DNA of 64,000 bases from Cycas panzhihuaensis (GCA_023213395.1 CM041465.1:171003741-171067740), one strand, 5' to 3'; positions 37,930-51,883 are shown, counted from the first letter of the stretch. The notes: generated by a model from the sequence alone, not told the origin. Numbers and translations: made by a program.

Positions 37930-38760
37930 ATTAACTCAACATCCATATTACCCTTCAAATACACATATAAGCATTATTAAAAGTTGGGATTTAAACACAC
38001 AAGAGAAATATGTAATATAAAATATAATATTTAAATGATTTGATAATTATATTTAATATGAGAATGTACATATATATAGAGATGTATACTCATCTAAGAC
38101 TAGTGGAAAATAATGATAAAGTAGATGAAAATTTATGACCTTTAATCATATGTGTTAACAGTATTCACTTATTCAATTACTTATAAGAAATATTTTTATG
38201 TACTTAAGAGAAATCATGCAAATTCATGTACAACAATTTAGAGTGCACAATAATACATCACCAAGTGATTACAATGACCACTCACATAATCCATGTATTA
38301 AGCATTATTTTCAACACTCCCATGTAATATTTCATTCATTATGGTTAGTTAAATATATTTTTCAACCTCACTAAACAAGTGTGTGATTAGTTCAACTATG
38401 CTTCAATTTGCACTTCCTATATTTCTTCTTCAATTCTAATTTTGATCATCTGAGTTTGGGCTCCTTAAGCTCTAATTATATTTTTAGCCTTCAAGCTTGA
38501 GTTGTTGATGTCTATATAATGAAATAAAACTATCTACCAAAACATGTATATAACCAGCCATTGCAACTACCTATTTTCTAGGAAGATTTTTGCATATATG
38601 GTTCATCAATATCTATAGAAGTTACATATAGAATATTTATCAACAATCTTTCAATGTGTCCATACTTATCATAATATATTTTAGGACTAAGTTGGACTAT
38701 CTAACTAAACAAATACGAAGCCAAATTGCTTGTTGTACATGAATAACTAAAATTACTTAA
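37930..38760. repeat. Dispersed repeat (LTR-like family), copy 2 of 3
   Basis: Homologous to 16390-17230 and 61368-61760. Confidence 0.75.
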
Positions 38761-38807
38761 CTAAATAATATTCAAGCATCCTTGTGGATAATTGATAAAG
38801 CATAAAT

Positions 38808-39116
38808 TGAAAGAGGTTAATGTATCAAGGTCATTTATGTAGATTGATTATATGACCTTAGGATATATTGTTAACATTAGTCTTTTAATGAAATGTACTT
38901 TATGTACATTTAAATATAATTTCGAGTTCATGTTATTAGGCGAGAAAATCCTAATCTTAGTGCTCACCCTCAATAATGAAAGGCAAAATCTTAAGGAGGG
39001 AGTCATTATTCATTCTTACCTCCAAGCTTGCTCTCATATCTTGTTTCATCTCTTTCATTCTTTATTGCCATTGTGTGCATGTAAGTGATTTATTCCCTAG
39101 ATCCATCCTTCCTTCA
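38808..39116 (+). repeat. 5' LTR of Copia A
   Basis: TGAAAGAGG...CCTTCA; ~28 substitutions and a 2-bp indel versus the 3' LTR. Confidence 0.95.
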
Positions 39117-41070
39117 TGTGGTATCAGAGCTAGAAGGGGATTTATTCACTGCATTTCACATGCATGGAGTCATTTTACCTCTCCTTCACCTTTAATGTGA
39201 AGTATTGAGAGTGCATTCATCATTTTTTAAATATTTTGAGAGCTTAAAATTATAGTACTTTCTATGTTGTTGCTTTCTATATGTGTGTAGAAATTTAGAG
39301 GTGAAGAATACATGTTTTTGAATCCATTTAGCTGCCAAAACAATCCCGAAAGCATTAAAAGCCCAAATTTTCATAAAAAAATTGACCATATCAAAATTTG
39401 ATGAAATTTGGCATGCAAGGTCGCCTTGACTAGAGGATCATTTTTATCTTTTGGAGAAACTTCAAATTCAGCCTGTAATAAGGAGTTTTGGCTGTGACAA
39501 AAGGGTGAAATTTGTGGATAAGTGATTTAAGGCACTTTTTCTAATGAAATCCTTTAATTATTAGCTAAAAATCTAAAAATTTTATTAAAGAATCTGGTAG
39601 ATTTATGTCTTAGGATTAGTTTAAGATATATCTGATCAAATTTCATCTATTCGTTAGTGAGATCTATGTAGTTTTCTCATGGTTGTTGATTTTGTCTACT
39701 CAACCCCATAAAGGACATTGCAAAGGCATTTTAGGCAGCTTTTTGGAAGATTTTGGAAATGGTGCAAAAGGGAAAGTTAATGCACGTGTCAAAACATAAC
39801 CTTTTACATATTGAAGTTTAGATTCTGAGACAGTGGATCTGACAGGATTTTGCTTCTATGTTTTTTCAGGTAGAAATGTTTTTTGTCCTTTTTTAGAAAT
39901 TTAACTTCATAACTCTATTAGAAATGACATTCTAAACATTTTTTTCTTCTGTCATAAATTCAGATTTCATCATCTAGGCTTTCATATTTATAATTTTTAA
40001 AAATTATACCCATTTATTATTATTTGTAACTTTTGTGAAAAAATCACAAAATAAGGCAAAATAGCATGCATATAGATTTAGAAAAATCAATATTTTAGCA
40101 ACAAATTGATCTACTTTTTAGCCAATTATGGCTTTTATATCAAAACTTCCAAAAACATATTTAGAAACATTATATTAAAGCAAAACAAACCTTGGATCAG
40201 AAGCAACATGTAGTTTCCTTGTTAAATCTAGTATACTTTTTCTATTTGCATACCTAGCATAAAGCATTACATAAAGTAGTAACAACAACAAAGCAAGCAC
40301 AAAAAATAAGCAAGCATATTTTACAACTTTCCATTTCAGTTTTTAGTTATACAGAAACATCTTATACCATTCCTAAAAGGAATCTCATCCGTACGATCTA
40401 TACTACTAATTCTTGACTTGTGCGCACACTCACCTTGGTTGAAATAGACCAAGGTTGGCCGAAGTCTAGGCCCTAAGGGAGGTGTAAGTTTCATACTGGG
40501 TCTGGTCTTAACCGGAATAGTGGTGGAAAGACAGGTTAGCCATACCTATGGCCTACAGTGAAAGATAATCTTGATAACCACCTAGGAAAATTGAAAAGCT
40601 TAATGCAAGATTAAAATTAACCTGGTCTAATATTCGTCATAGCCGTGGGATACGTAGTACCGTTTAACTCTTTGGAGGAGGTATATAGTTGCTCACTGAT
40701 AAATTGGGTGAGGACTAGGAGTACCTGGGCTCCACTGTGACTTGGATTTCATCACCAAGCGTAGGTGCAGGTATCGCGGGTGAAGGCCCTAATCGTATAC
40801 TAGAAGCCTTAGGCATTAAAACCTCACCTACATATGGATATAAGTGAGAGGTTAGTGGTATGATACATCACCACTCTTTGCCATCTCTACATTAGGCCCC
40901 ATTCTTGCATCATTGCTTATAGTTATTTTTCATAGTTATTGAAAAATACTTAATCATTGCTTGCTTTTCATCATAGAATTTATTTCTACATCCCTACTGC
41001 GCCAAGTGTACTAGCCACGCGTGTGAGTGATAGATACTTCTATCATCTCTTCTACTTTATCATCATCACC

Positions 41071-44000
41071 ATGTCATCTCAATTTAAGCATAATGTTAAC
41101 TGCATATTGAAAGGCAAAGAAATTTGGGATCTATGGTACACTGGAATTAAAAATACAACAAAGTACGAAGGCCTTTGGAGAGCCCATTTATAACCTACAC
41201 CCAGCATACCGGCAGCATCTACAACATCTGCTTCTAGTGGATCCACCCCAACAGCTCCTACAGATGTTGCAGCCAAATTATAATGGGAGATAGATGATGA
41301 AAAGATTCGTGTAGGAATTATATTGGTCACTTATCACTCATTGCACAACTTGATTAAGGAAGAGCAACATCATACAACTTAGAAGGTCCTTAAAGTTCTC
41401 AAGAAGAACTTTGATACCAAATCAGATTTAGAATTTATTCATCTTATTCTGAAAATGAACAAATTAAAAATGTGGAAGGGATGGGCTCATGAGACAATAA
41501 ATCTCCTTCGACCAATCAAATAAGCAATTGATAAAGATTTTAAGACCTAATGCATCACTTGGTCATTTTGATCTAGTTATGTCTACATGTTCTTGATTAT
41601 AAAAACTTGCTTGGAAGTCTTCAATCTAGTGGAACATTAAAAATACTCAACTTTGAAGCACTTGCTGATAAGTTCATTGAATTTGACAAGACCTTTGATA
41701 TGAATTTTGTAGCCTCTGACTATTTTCCAGATGTAGCCTTTGAGGTAGAAGAAGAAGTTTGCTACACACGAAATCAAGGTCCCTCTCGTAGCAGAGGAAA
41801 TAACTGAGCAAGAGGAAGAGGAAGAAACATGGGAAATCATCCACAAGGTCAATCAAACCCTCAGTCACAACCTCGACAGTCTCAAGGCCAAGGGCCACCT
41901 CAACAAAGAGCAAGATAATCAGGCCAAACCGGTACCTCTTTAGGGACTGGTAATCAAACTATAATGTGTGATCGATGTAACCATAAAGGACATTTAGCAA
42001 AAGACTATAGAACCACCACTTATAAGTTGGTCAAGTTCCAACCAAAATATGGAGCTCATAATATTAAAGAAACTTGTGAAGAATCGTTTAGTGGTGCAGG
42101 TCTTGTACAAGCACACGTTCAAAGAATTGAGGGATCTTCAGCATCAAATGCCATTGACTAACCAAAGAGATACTTCGAAGCTCGATGTGGATACATCACT
42201 CATGAATTCCCTTCTCCAATGCCAAGCCCTATTGGAATTTCCAATAGTGTGGCTTCAATCAAAGGATAATAGATTATGGACACATGAACAACTCAACATA
42301 TGATGTACAATCACAGTCTATATCAGACATTTAACTAAAATATTTAAGGAGTTATTCATATGGTTGATAAATCACAACAACCTGTTGAAGGAATTGGTAA
42401 CATTCGCTTGCGACTCTTAGGCCTAGAAGATTTTACATTGTTTGATGTCTTATACATACCCAATCTCAAACAAAACCTACTCTCCTTATCCACACTTCTC
42501 TCTCTTGGATTTGATCTGAGTGTAACTGTAAATGACCAGACTCTCCAGGTCATTTATCCTCCAATTAATCATGTGGTTTTGACTGGACATCTCTTTGGCA
42601 AACTCTTTCAATTGAATGACTCTCTATCTTCTAAAGCCTATTATGCCCAAAGCCCTTGCGCTGATAAAGAATTTTCATTTAATTCCATCTTAACCCATCC
42701 AATATTGTCACCATAAGCTCTTTGGCATGCTCGCATGGGCCATGTTCAATTTAATAGACTTAGAGATCTTTCAAACACTCTTCCAAATGAAGCTTGTATC
42801 ATTGCCAAATCTCATCGATAATCCTTTCCCAAAAGCCAGTAAAATCAAGCCATCCATTATAATTGGTACACTCTAATTTGTGCAGACCAATGCCCATTCC
42901 TTCACTAAAGGAAAAATTATATTTTATCTCTTTTATTGATAATTTCACTAGAAAAGTATGGGTAGCTATTCTACACAAGAAAGATGAAGCCTTTCGTATA
43001 TTCAAAGAATTCAAAGCCCTCACTAAAAAAGAGTCAGGTTATTAACTCAAATGTATTCGAACGAATAATAGTGGCGAATATACCTCACATGAGTTTGAAA
43101 GCTACCTTTGAAATAATGGCATTAAGCATCAAACAACAGTAGTAGGTACCCCACAACAAAATGGAGTTATTGAGCGCATGAATAGGATGATCATGAACAT
43201 AGCTCGAGCTATGTTGATATACAAAAATGTACCTGCCTACCTATGGGTTGAAGTTATCTTGACAATTATTTATTGCATCAATGCTATTAGCCCATCAAAG
43301 GAAGTATAATCACCTAATGAAAAGTGGTCAGGATAAGCCTCCATTGTTCACTACTTCAAAATTTTTGGCTCTATATACTATGCCCACATTCTGGATGCAG
43401 ATTAAAATAAACTCCAGCGAAGGGTACTTAAAGGCATTTTTATTGGATATCCTATGGATAAGAAAATGTATAATGTCTTTAAACCTTCACAATGAAAAAT
43501 CATTGTTACTAGAGATGTCATTTTTATAGAGACAGATGATCAATTACTTAAATTGGACTTCAAAGTACCCTCACGCTGCTATAATTATATTATCAAGTAT
43601 GATGTTCAAATTTTAAAATTTGGGGGGGCGGAGGGAACAAATATAAATTACTCTAAATATTGGAAGTTGACAATAGAGCCTCAGAGGATACAAGTTATGA
43701 CTCTGAACTGATGAGTGCATATCCAGTACCATCTTTTGAAGATAGCAGAGTTAACAAAGGCAAAGGCATTATAGAAGAACCATCCTCTCCACCTTCAGTC
43801 GACGAAGGCAAAACAGTGGTAGAAGGACCATCTTTCTCAAGCACATCAACATTCTCCTCACAAAATAATCATTTTAATAAATAAGATTAGAACTAAGTTG
43901 AGAAAATAAAAACTCCATTCCCAACTCGAGGATCTCGAGAAGCCCGCCAACTCAATAAGGACATATAACCAGATGAGGTGGGAAAAACTGGCACTCGAAG

Positions 44001-45620
44001 TGCCCATTGAGCAAGGATACATAAATCAATATATATTGAGCTCAAACCTATAGAACTACACCTTACTCTTAATGAAGAGCCCTAATGTACCAAGAACCTG
44101 TAAAATATATAGTTTGGAGAAATGTCATGAACGAAGAGTATCAATCTCTTATCAAGAACGGTACATGGGAGCTTGTTGATCTACCACTTGGCAGAAAGGT
44201 AGTTCAAAATAAATGGATGTTAAAAAATAAATATAGATCAGATGGCACCCTTGAAAAATACAAGGCGAGGTTGGTAGCTAAAAGATTTACACAAAGGAAA
44301 GGCATCGACTACACTGAAGTCTTTACACCTACAACCAAGTGGCCTATAATTAGAACTCTTATGGCCTTTACTGCTCAACAAGGTTGGAAAATCCACTAAC
44401 TCGATATTAAAACCACGTTTCTCAATAAAGATCTTGAAGAAGAAATTTATATGGCTCAGCGAGAAGGATATGAGATCAAAGGTCAAGAGCATAAGGTTTG
44501 CAAGCTCAGAAAGTCCTTGTATGGCCTTAAACAAGCCCCTCGTGCTTGGTTTGCCAAGTTGTTTAAAAGAATGAGGCAACTTGGATATGAGCTTTATGAC
44601 TACCAAGATATTGATGCGACATTGTTTATCGAGTGCCATAAGGATAAAGTCACTTATCTCATAATCTTTGTAGATGACATGCTAGTAATGGGTAATAGTG
44701 AATAGGCAATAAGCCAGCTGGAAAAGGACCTTGGCAAAGCATTTGAATTGTCTGACCTTAGTTTGATGAAATATTACTTGGGAATTGAAGTAACACAAAA
44801 GAATGGAAAAAATTTCCTCTCCCAAGAAAAATACATCAACGATCTTCTAATTAAGTTTCAGTTAGAAGATGCTCGACCAATGGCATTACCTATGGACCAT
44901 AATACCAAACTCTCAGTTGATGGTGATACTAGGGAGGCAGATGTAACACTCTACAGGAAACTTATAGGTAGTCTCATCTACACTACTAATATAAGGCCAG
45001 ATATTGTACACTCTGTCAACATTCTTACTCGTTACATGACAAATCCTAGGCAAAATCATCGGCAGGTAGTACTGCGAGTGTTGAGATACCTTAAGACGAC
45101 TAGCAAATATGGTCTACTGTATGAACCTAACTCAAACTTCAAACTTTCTACATATACAGATTTAGACTTTGCAAGAGATAAATATACAAGAAGATCTACA
45201 TCTAGGTATATAACATTTCTTGGAATAACACCAATATCATGGAGATCTAGACGACAGAAGATAGTTATAGATTCAACTGCCGAAGCTGAATACATTACTA
45301 TTCCTGAGACCAGTAAGGAGGTAATATAGCTTAGAAAATTATTAGAAACATTGAATATCACCCAAACAAGTCCTATCAGCCTTCATGTGGATAATCAATC
45401 AGTAATTTGCATGGCAAAAAATTCTGTATTTCATGATCCTACCAAACACATAAGTACGAAAGTCCACAGGATTAAAGAACTTATTCATGACGGTATAATT
45501 CAATCGGAATACTGCCCCATAGTAGATCAAGTGGCTGATATCTTTACCAAACTGTTGCAAAAGTTGAAGTTTGAATAATTCCAAAGATAGCTCAGCCTTA
45601 GGGCCTCCATCTTTGATTGA
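41071..45620 (+). pseudogene. Copia A gag-pol (many stops and frameshifts)
   Basis: CDRCNHKGH knuckle, LWHARMGH, VHSNLCRP/FIDNFTRK integrase, KYKARLVAK/LYGLKQAPRAW/FVDD RT, STAEAEY/VADIFTK RNase H. Confidence 0.93.
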
Positions 45621-46067
45621 TTAATGAAGATGGCAATAGGATCATCATACTTTATTCTCTTCGTAAAAACTCCTTGTGGGCATGGAAGAATAAGAGTAAG
45701 TCTCTGCTCTATCCTGTTTGTGAAAACCCCATGTGGATACGGAAGGATAAGGGTTGTACTAGTTTTAGAAAATCAAAACCTGTGAAAACCCAAAAAGGCA
45801 AAGGGGATGACCAAACGATATATGGAGATTTAGCAGATTAAGCTACACATTTAAGTTGCTTGGCTATCAGGCTACATCAAAGAGCCACCTTAGCCTTTTT
45901 TATTTATAAAAGGGGTTATAGATCTTAGAAAGTTCGTGGGGTTTTATTTCTCATGAGGGTTTTCTACAAAAGTTTCATTTAGAATTTTAATGTAATAATG
46001 AGGCTCAAATAAAGACCTCATAGAATAGATTTTCTAAAAAATGACCTTCCACCATTAAGGGGGAGAT

Positions 46068-46378
46068 TGAAAGAGGTTAATGTATCAAGGTCATTTATGT
46101 AGATTAATTATATGACCTTAGGATATATTATTAACATTAGTCTCTTAATGAAATACACTTTATGTACATTTAGATGTAATTTCAAGTTCATATCATTAGG
46201 AAGGAAAATCCTAATCCTAATGTTCACCCTCAATAATAAAGGGCGAAATCTCAAGGAGGGAGTCATTATTCATTCTCTCCTCCAAGTTTGCTCTCATATA
46301 TTGTTTCATCTCTTTTTCATTCTTCATTGCCATTATGTGCATATGAGTGATTTATTCCCTAGATCCATCCTTCCTTCA
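46068..46378 (+). repeat. 3' LTR of Copia A
   Basis: Direct repeat of 38808-39116, preceded by the PPT. Confidence 0.95.
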
Positions 46379-46399
46379 TAAATATACCAAGATTTTTTG

Positions 46400-48333
46400 C
46401 TAATTTGTTAGAACTCTACAACTACTCATTCCTTCTATTTAAGTATCATATCATATGCATAAACTTTCTTGCTCTAAAGAGTCAATTTTAAAGCATATAG
46501 CAAGCTATCATAAATCAAGTTATCGATCTTAATATTACAAGCATCTAACTTTTTAAATTATTATAGATTATGAACCATCAACAAAACTATAATTCACCAA
46601 ATTTATTAGCAAATAGTTTATGTATTACATCATTTGTTATTATGTTATCTATGTCTTAAATTTAAGCTTTTCTTAGATAGACTCCTTCACATACCATACA
46701 TCATAGATTAATCAATGTCCTTTATACGAGTCCTTGTCTAGAAGCATTTTCTTGCTTCTTCCAACCTTGTGGCCCAACATTATAAGATACTTTTGGCTAA
46801 TTACTAGGCTATGGCATAATTGCTTATTATAATGGTATTATAGAATTGCATCTTATATTATGCCTTTACTAAACAAAATAAGCCAATCCAAAATCCATGA
46901 GAAAACTATAATGCATCATAAATCTTCATTGTTAACAACCAACCGTTGCCAAACTACTTTTTCTTATAGTCATTACTTCTTTCTAAAGTCTTTAATTGTA
47001 ACTTTATAACATTATCTTAAACACTTTATGTGTAGTATCTTATTGACATTTTACCAAATACTCAATGGACATGTGATAACTCGATGCATTTTTCTTCACA
47101 AATAACTTGTCACCTATAACCAAAATCTAGCTTGAAATAATAATTTCTTTCTTGATATGCAAAGCTCTCAGAGACCTTTAAAGTAGTGAATCCAAATAAT
47201 TAAAATCATTGTATGTTAATTTTAGGTGTTATGTATACATATAATTATGAGCCTATTAGCTAAGGATTCTCATATGGTATTAGATTTGCCTTTAACATTA
47301 ATAACAAATAAGAATTCGATCAATTCCTTCACATGCAATTTTTAAACACTTATAACATTTGATATTTAAGGCTATTATAATGTCCATACTATTAGTTATA
47401 CTAATGCAAAGATAATAATTATTAAAACCATTGTGAAAATAGATTTAAAAAAGGACTTTAAAAAGGCAAAAAATTAAATTTTAACATATTTTATTGAGTT
47501 TAGCTCCTTAAGATCATATGGCCATGAGCTAAATGGCAATGGGCTAGGCTCCAAATTATATCTAACATGATTAAATTAAATTAATATTTAGGAAAAATTA
47601 AAATATTTTAAAAATTCTAATCATCTCTATATTCAAAATTTTTGAACTATTACGTGATTTCTATGATATTTTAACATTGTGACCTATTTGAATGTGAATT
47701 TCTCTACCATTTTCTCCTCTGCATCCTACCCCATTTCTTTAAGGCTTTATAGTAGTCATTCTATATGTTGTTCATAATTCTTTGTTTCCAATAGCTTAAC
47801 TTAGGCTCTATCACATAACAAGTATAAAGCCATCACTTTTTTCTTATGAAATGTTAGAGAAATGTAGGTTTACCTTTGACCTCAGAGTTTTATCAGTGTG
47901 ATTGGGATCACATTAGCCTTCAACATTTATATATATATGTTATATGACTATCCTTTTTCTTCATTTGACATATTAGACATATCATCTTATCTTATAACTT
48001 TCATTGGGCATTATCATCTCTTTATCTCTTACTAACATAAAATAATAATTAAGCCCAAATTTTCACTTTAGTCGCCAAATTCATGGGCTACTCCAATTCT
48101 TAGATAGTTGGCCCTATGACTCAGATTTGGTCTGCAATTGCTTATGATGTTGGCTATAATATTCCAATCACACCATAACTTGATTTCTCAACTTTTAGCT
48201 TTTAATGGAGCTTTATTGTTCTACCTTCAATGATGTCTAAATTTTCATAAGCTTCAACATTTAGTATCCAAAGCTTCTCTTTAACTCATGGCTCTCACCA
48301 CTATTAGAATTTATAATTGCAACTCTGATACCA
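46400..48333 (-). mobile_element. Heavily eroded Copia internal remnant starting at a PBS (48322-48333)
   Basis: PBS TGGTATCAGAGT on the minus strand; faint gag (IADQI*VIG) and RNase H (D.DW) traces. Confidence 0.45.
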
Positions 48334-50741
48334 TATTAGATTTTAGAGTATAACATAGTGGAATATATCATGTATATATAATGATTGAATTATTATGAGG
48401 ATATATATACATATAGAGAATAAACATGTACTAAAATAGAAACATATATTAATAAGTATTATGAGCATTCACCTCAAGAGAGATAATAGATTTATACATG
48501 CAAAACCCAATATGGGAAAAACCATAGGAGAAGGTGGAGTTGGGAGCTCCTCTTTATGATTAGAGTGAATACATCTTCAAGTCATAGACCTTTCTCTTAA
48601 GTTATGAAGTGATCTATATATATATTTATATCAATATTTGCTTCATGAGTAGCTTATAGTTTCTATTGAGTTGTTACATCATCTAATAGCATATTTACAT
48701 AGATATGTATGTATGTCACATATCTATATGATTGGTAGGATTATGTATGTGTCCACTATTATAATATTAAACATTGCATATTTGATAATATCACATATTC
48801 TAACATTCCCTCTTATTGTTTAATGTCTTCAAGTCTTCATATCTTCATGTTTTCAATTTATTAGATCATGTAGCATGTATAATAATTTCTATTTGTATTA
48901 TCACATGTAACTTATAATCATTATATCATCCATCATCTATAAATCTATCAACTACTATGCTTGTCTCTTGCAAACATTAATCGATAAAAAATAAGGATAT
49001 ACCTATAAAACTTGTATGTAGTCATTTGTGATCAGTAGTGACCAACTATAAATATCCAACTTATAAATATCAACCAATCATCATCATCATCAACATCATC
49101 AACTAATATACAAAGTTTTTCCCTCAACATCTTTATATCTTCATGTATAAAATTACTATCAAATATCTATTAACCAATCATCATAATAATCTTAACAAAT
49201 AAATTGATTACTGGGTCCATATAAAATAATAACCATATACTGAAATACATGGGTAATTAGAATTTGTCATCACTAGTTCTCTAGGTAATTATTTTAAATA
49301 TATAATTCAACAAGTTTTAAAATGCTTGTTATAAGAGTAACATAATCTCAGCTCTCGTGTACGAGTTAAAATAATATAATCTACTATGTTGTATAAGAGT
49401 AGCTTATGCAACCTTTATTTACTTATTGTAAACAAGATTTCTTTATGTGCTTCTTCACTTGCACACTTCTATAGCTTTCTTTTGGCAACTATTAATCACT
49501 CATCATCAAACAACCATCCAAAACATACTAACTTTAAGAATAAACCAAATTACTTGGCTAAGACAAGTTAGATGTAATAAGGTAATATAATCAACGTGTT
49601 TCTATGTCTCTTGTCATATATGGCGAGTCATATTTCTCACTTACAAATACTTTCTTCTATTAGTTGGAAAACTTTAATAACTAATTATTAGTTGGATAAT
49701 ATTAATAACCAATTTTTATGCTAATTATATAACCATATGAGATTTTTCTCCTTGTCTTATAAATAGGTGGAATTCTCTTAATCAACTCCTTATCTTACCA
49801 TCAATAATCAAACTACCCCTTTGTCAAATCAAGTGGTGTTATTAATCATTAAACATGTGTCCATCAATCATTAAGCATTTAAAGGGTTGTTTAAACTAGG
49901 TGATATATTCATTTATTTAGTGTTGTGTACTTACACTAAACCAAATCTGTAAATTTTAAGGGGAATTTATATGTTCAACATATTAATAAAGTTTTATATT
50001 AACAACTCAATAAACATATCCCACTCTATATATATTTTAATCTGTTATGAGCCCTCAAGTATCATAAATGAGCCTTGAATTATTCACTTTTAAATAAAAC
50101 TTCCTTTTCCTTCATCATAAAAAACTATATAATCATCATATCAGGAGCCTTTGAAAACATTAGAATATCTAAAAATGTTTCTTAAAAGATTTATAAAATG
50201 CATATTTTATGAGGTTTAAAGAGCTTTATTAAACTTTATCTTTTAATACCTCTATCATCTACTATCTAAAATATGTTGTGTGACCACTCATTTTGAATGT
50301 CTCAAAGTCTTATTTTCAATATAACTAGCGATGTCTGATTTTGATATTCTAGTGAAAAGTTATGGTAAAAAATACACCACTATGTCTCAAAATTTATATG
50401 ATCCTTAAGAAAATTGAATTTCAATTTTTAAAATAAATTCAATTCAATTTATAATTTTAAAATTTATAGGAAAGATTAAATTTAATTTATTTAGATTTGA
50501 AGTTTGCCTCTTTCGTGAATAAGTCCTTAGTCACATAACTCCTCTATATGACCACATATTAACTCAATAAGGGGTTGCAAACTTTAAAAAATTATTAAAA
50601 ATAATTAAATCTGAAAATTTATATATAATTTTTTTTATGCTTTAAAAAGGAATTAGTGCAAAAACTTTGTCTACGTTGATCGATCTATATGAATGGTTGG
50701 AAGCATCATCTCCCTGAATCTTTATTATATCTCTTTCTTAA

Positions 50742-51030
50742 CTCAAACTCCTTGACCTTTATCAGATGGTTATGATCCAACTTGTTGATTGTACTATCTA
50801 TGGCCTTCTCAATCTTCTCTTTATCCACTAGATCTAAGTTTCTAATGATCTTCTTATCTTAGGTAGTATTGCTTATATTGTAGGAAAAATTCTTAAGTGA
50901 ATTCTTAGCATCGACATTCTTCTTGACCAATTTATCCTCAGGCTTATACCTCTCAATGTCCTCTATTATCTAGTTTTCTCCATTCATATTTTTTATATAA
51001 ATTTCTAGCATGTTTGTTATAACTATTTTG
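50742..51030 (-). pseudogene. HSP70: Degenerate fragment of a cytosolic HSP70 (C-terminal substrate-binding lid region)
   Basis: A single minus-strand frame reads KIVITN...IEDIERYKPEDKLVKKNVDAKNSLKNFSYNISNTT*DKKIIRNLDLVDKEKIEKAIDSTINKLDHNHLIKVKEFE. It matches the plant HSP70 pattern KITITN...AEKYKAEDE..KKKV.AKNSLENYAYNMRNT.KD.K...KL...DK.KIEKAID..I.WL..NQLAEVDEFE. Confidence 0.85.
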
Positions 51031-51883
51031 GCAGATTCTTTGTTGGCGTGGGTGTGGGTGACCCCTGTTGGACCATTATTTCTTCATCTTTATTTAGCAT
51101 TTAATTTGTTTAATTGCTTAGGAAATCCTCTGGATTCGTTCATAGTGGGGGCACTAGTATGTTTCATGCTTATTCTACACTTCTACTACATGGGTATTAT
51201 ATTAGCCAAAAGGACTGTCACTTGTTGTGGAATAAAATCATAAGATAAATAACTTGTTTCTTTCTCTTCATGCATGATTCATGTCATATCCATGGTAGTT
51301 TGTATATATTTCCATAGAGGTGGCCTTCTCAGCTGGTTATTATTTTCTATTACTTGTCTATGATTTATGTTTGATGGAAGGTTATTTTACATGGACACGA
51401 ATAAATTTACTAGATCAACATATAATTGATGGGTGAAGACCTTAATAATATAGCAATTATAAACTATAGATTTTCCATGGCTATAGACTAGTTTTAATGG
51501 TGTAAGGATGGTTGATTAGATATAAATAAAAAACATAGTAGGGTTTACAACTTCATATGAACATATCATACCATGAATAATAGATGGTGAATAAATCTCT
51601 TCAAATGCATGGGGTTGTTTATGGCCTTATATTTTTATTTTAAATGTCATAATAAAATCATAGCATTTATTCAACTACTACAGTATGCCCTTAAATAATA
51701 ACACCATTATAATATAACCATTCAAGTATTAAAACCCTTATAATTTACCCTTATATATGTGGTTTTCATCACTCACCTACATAACTAAATTAAATGCACA
51801 CACCATCTAGTCAATGTGCTACATGCCTTCTTACTTCACATTATTATACCATATACCTTTTTATTGTTAAATATGCCACAAAC

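Larger units (their letters stand above)
38808..46378 (+). mobile_element. Full-length Ty1/Copia LTR retrotransposon A (7571 bp), coding region mutated
   Basis: LTRs 38808-39116 and 46068-46378 (TG...CA), TSD TAAAT on both sides, PBS TGGTATCAGAGC 39119-39130, PPT aagggggaga 46057-46066, domain order gag-PR-IN-RT-RH. Confidence 0.97.

Noticed and set aside
38852-39088. Repeated short ORF MTLGYI... (also 46112-46381)
   Set aside because: It lies inside the LTRs, and its length and frame are not conserved between copies.
40690-40760. Possible hammerhead ribozyme or C/D box in the Copia leader (ctgataa; tgatga antisense)
   Set aside because: There is no CUGANGA-stem-GAAA core with closing stems, and the motif is not kept in element B.
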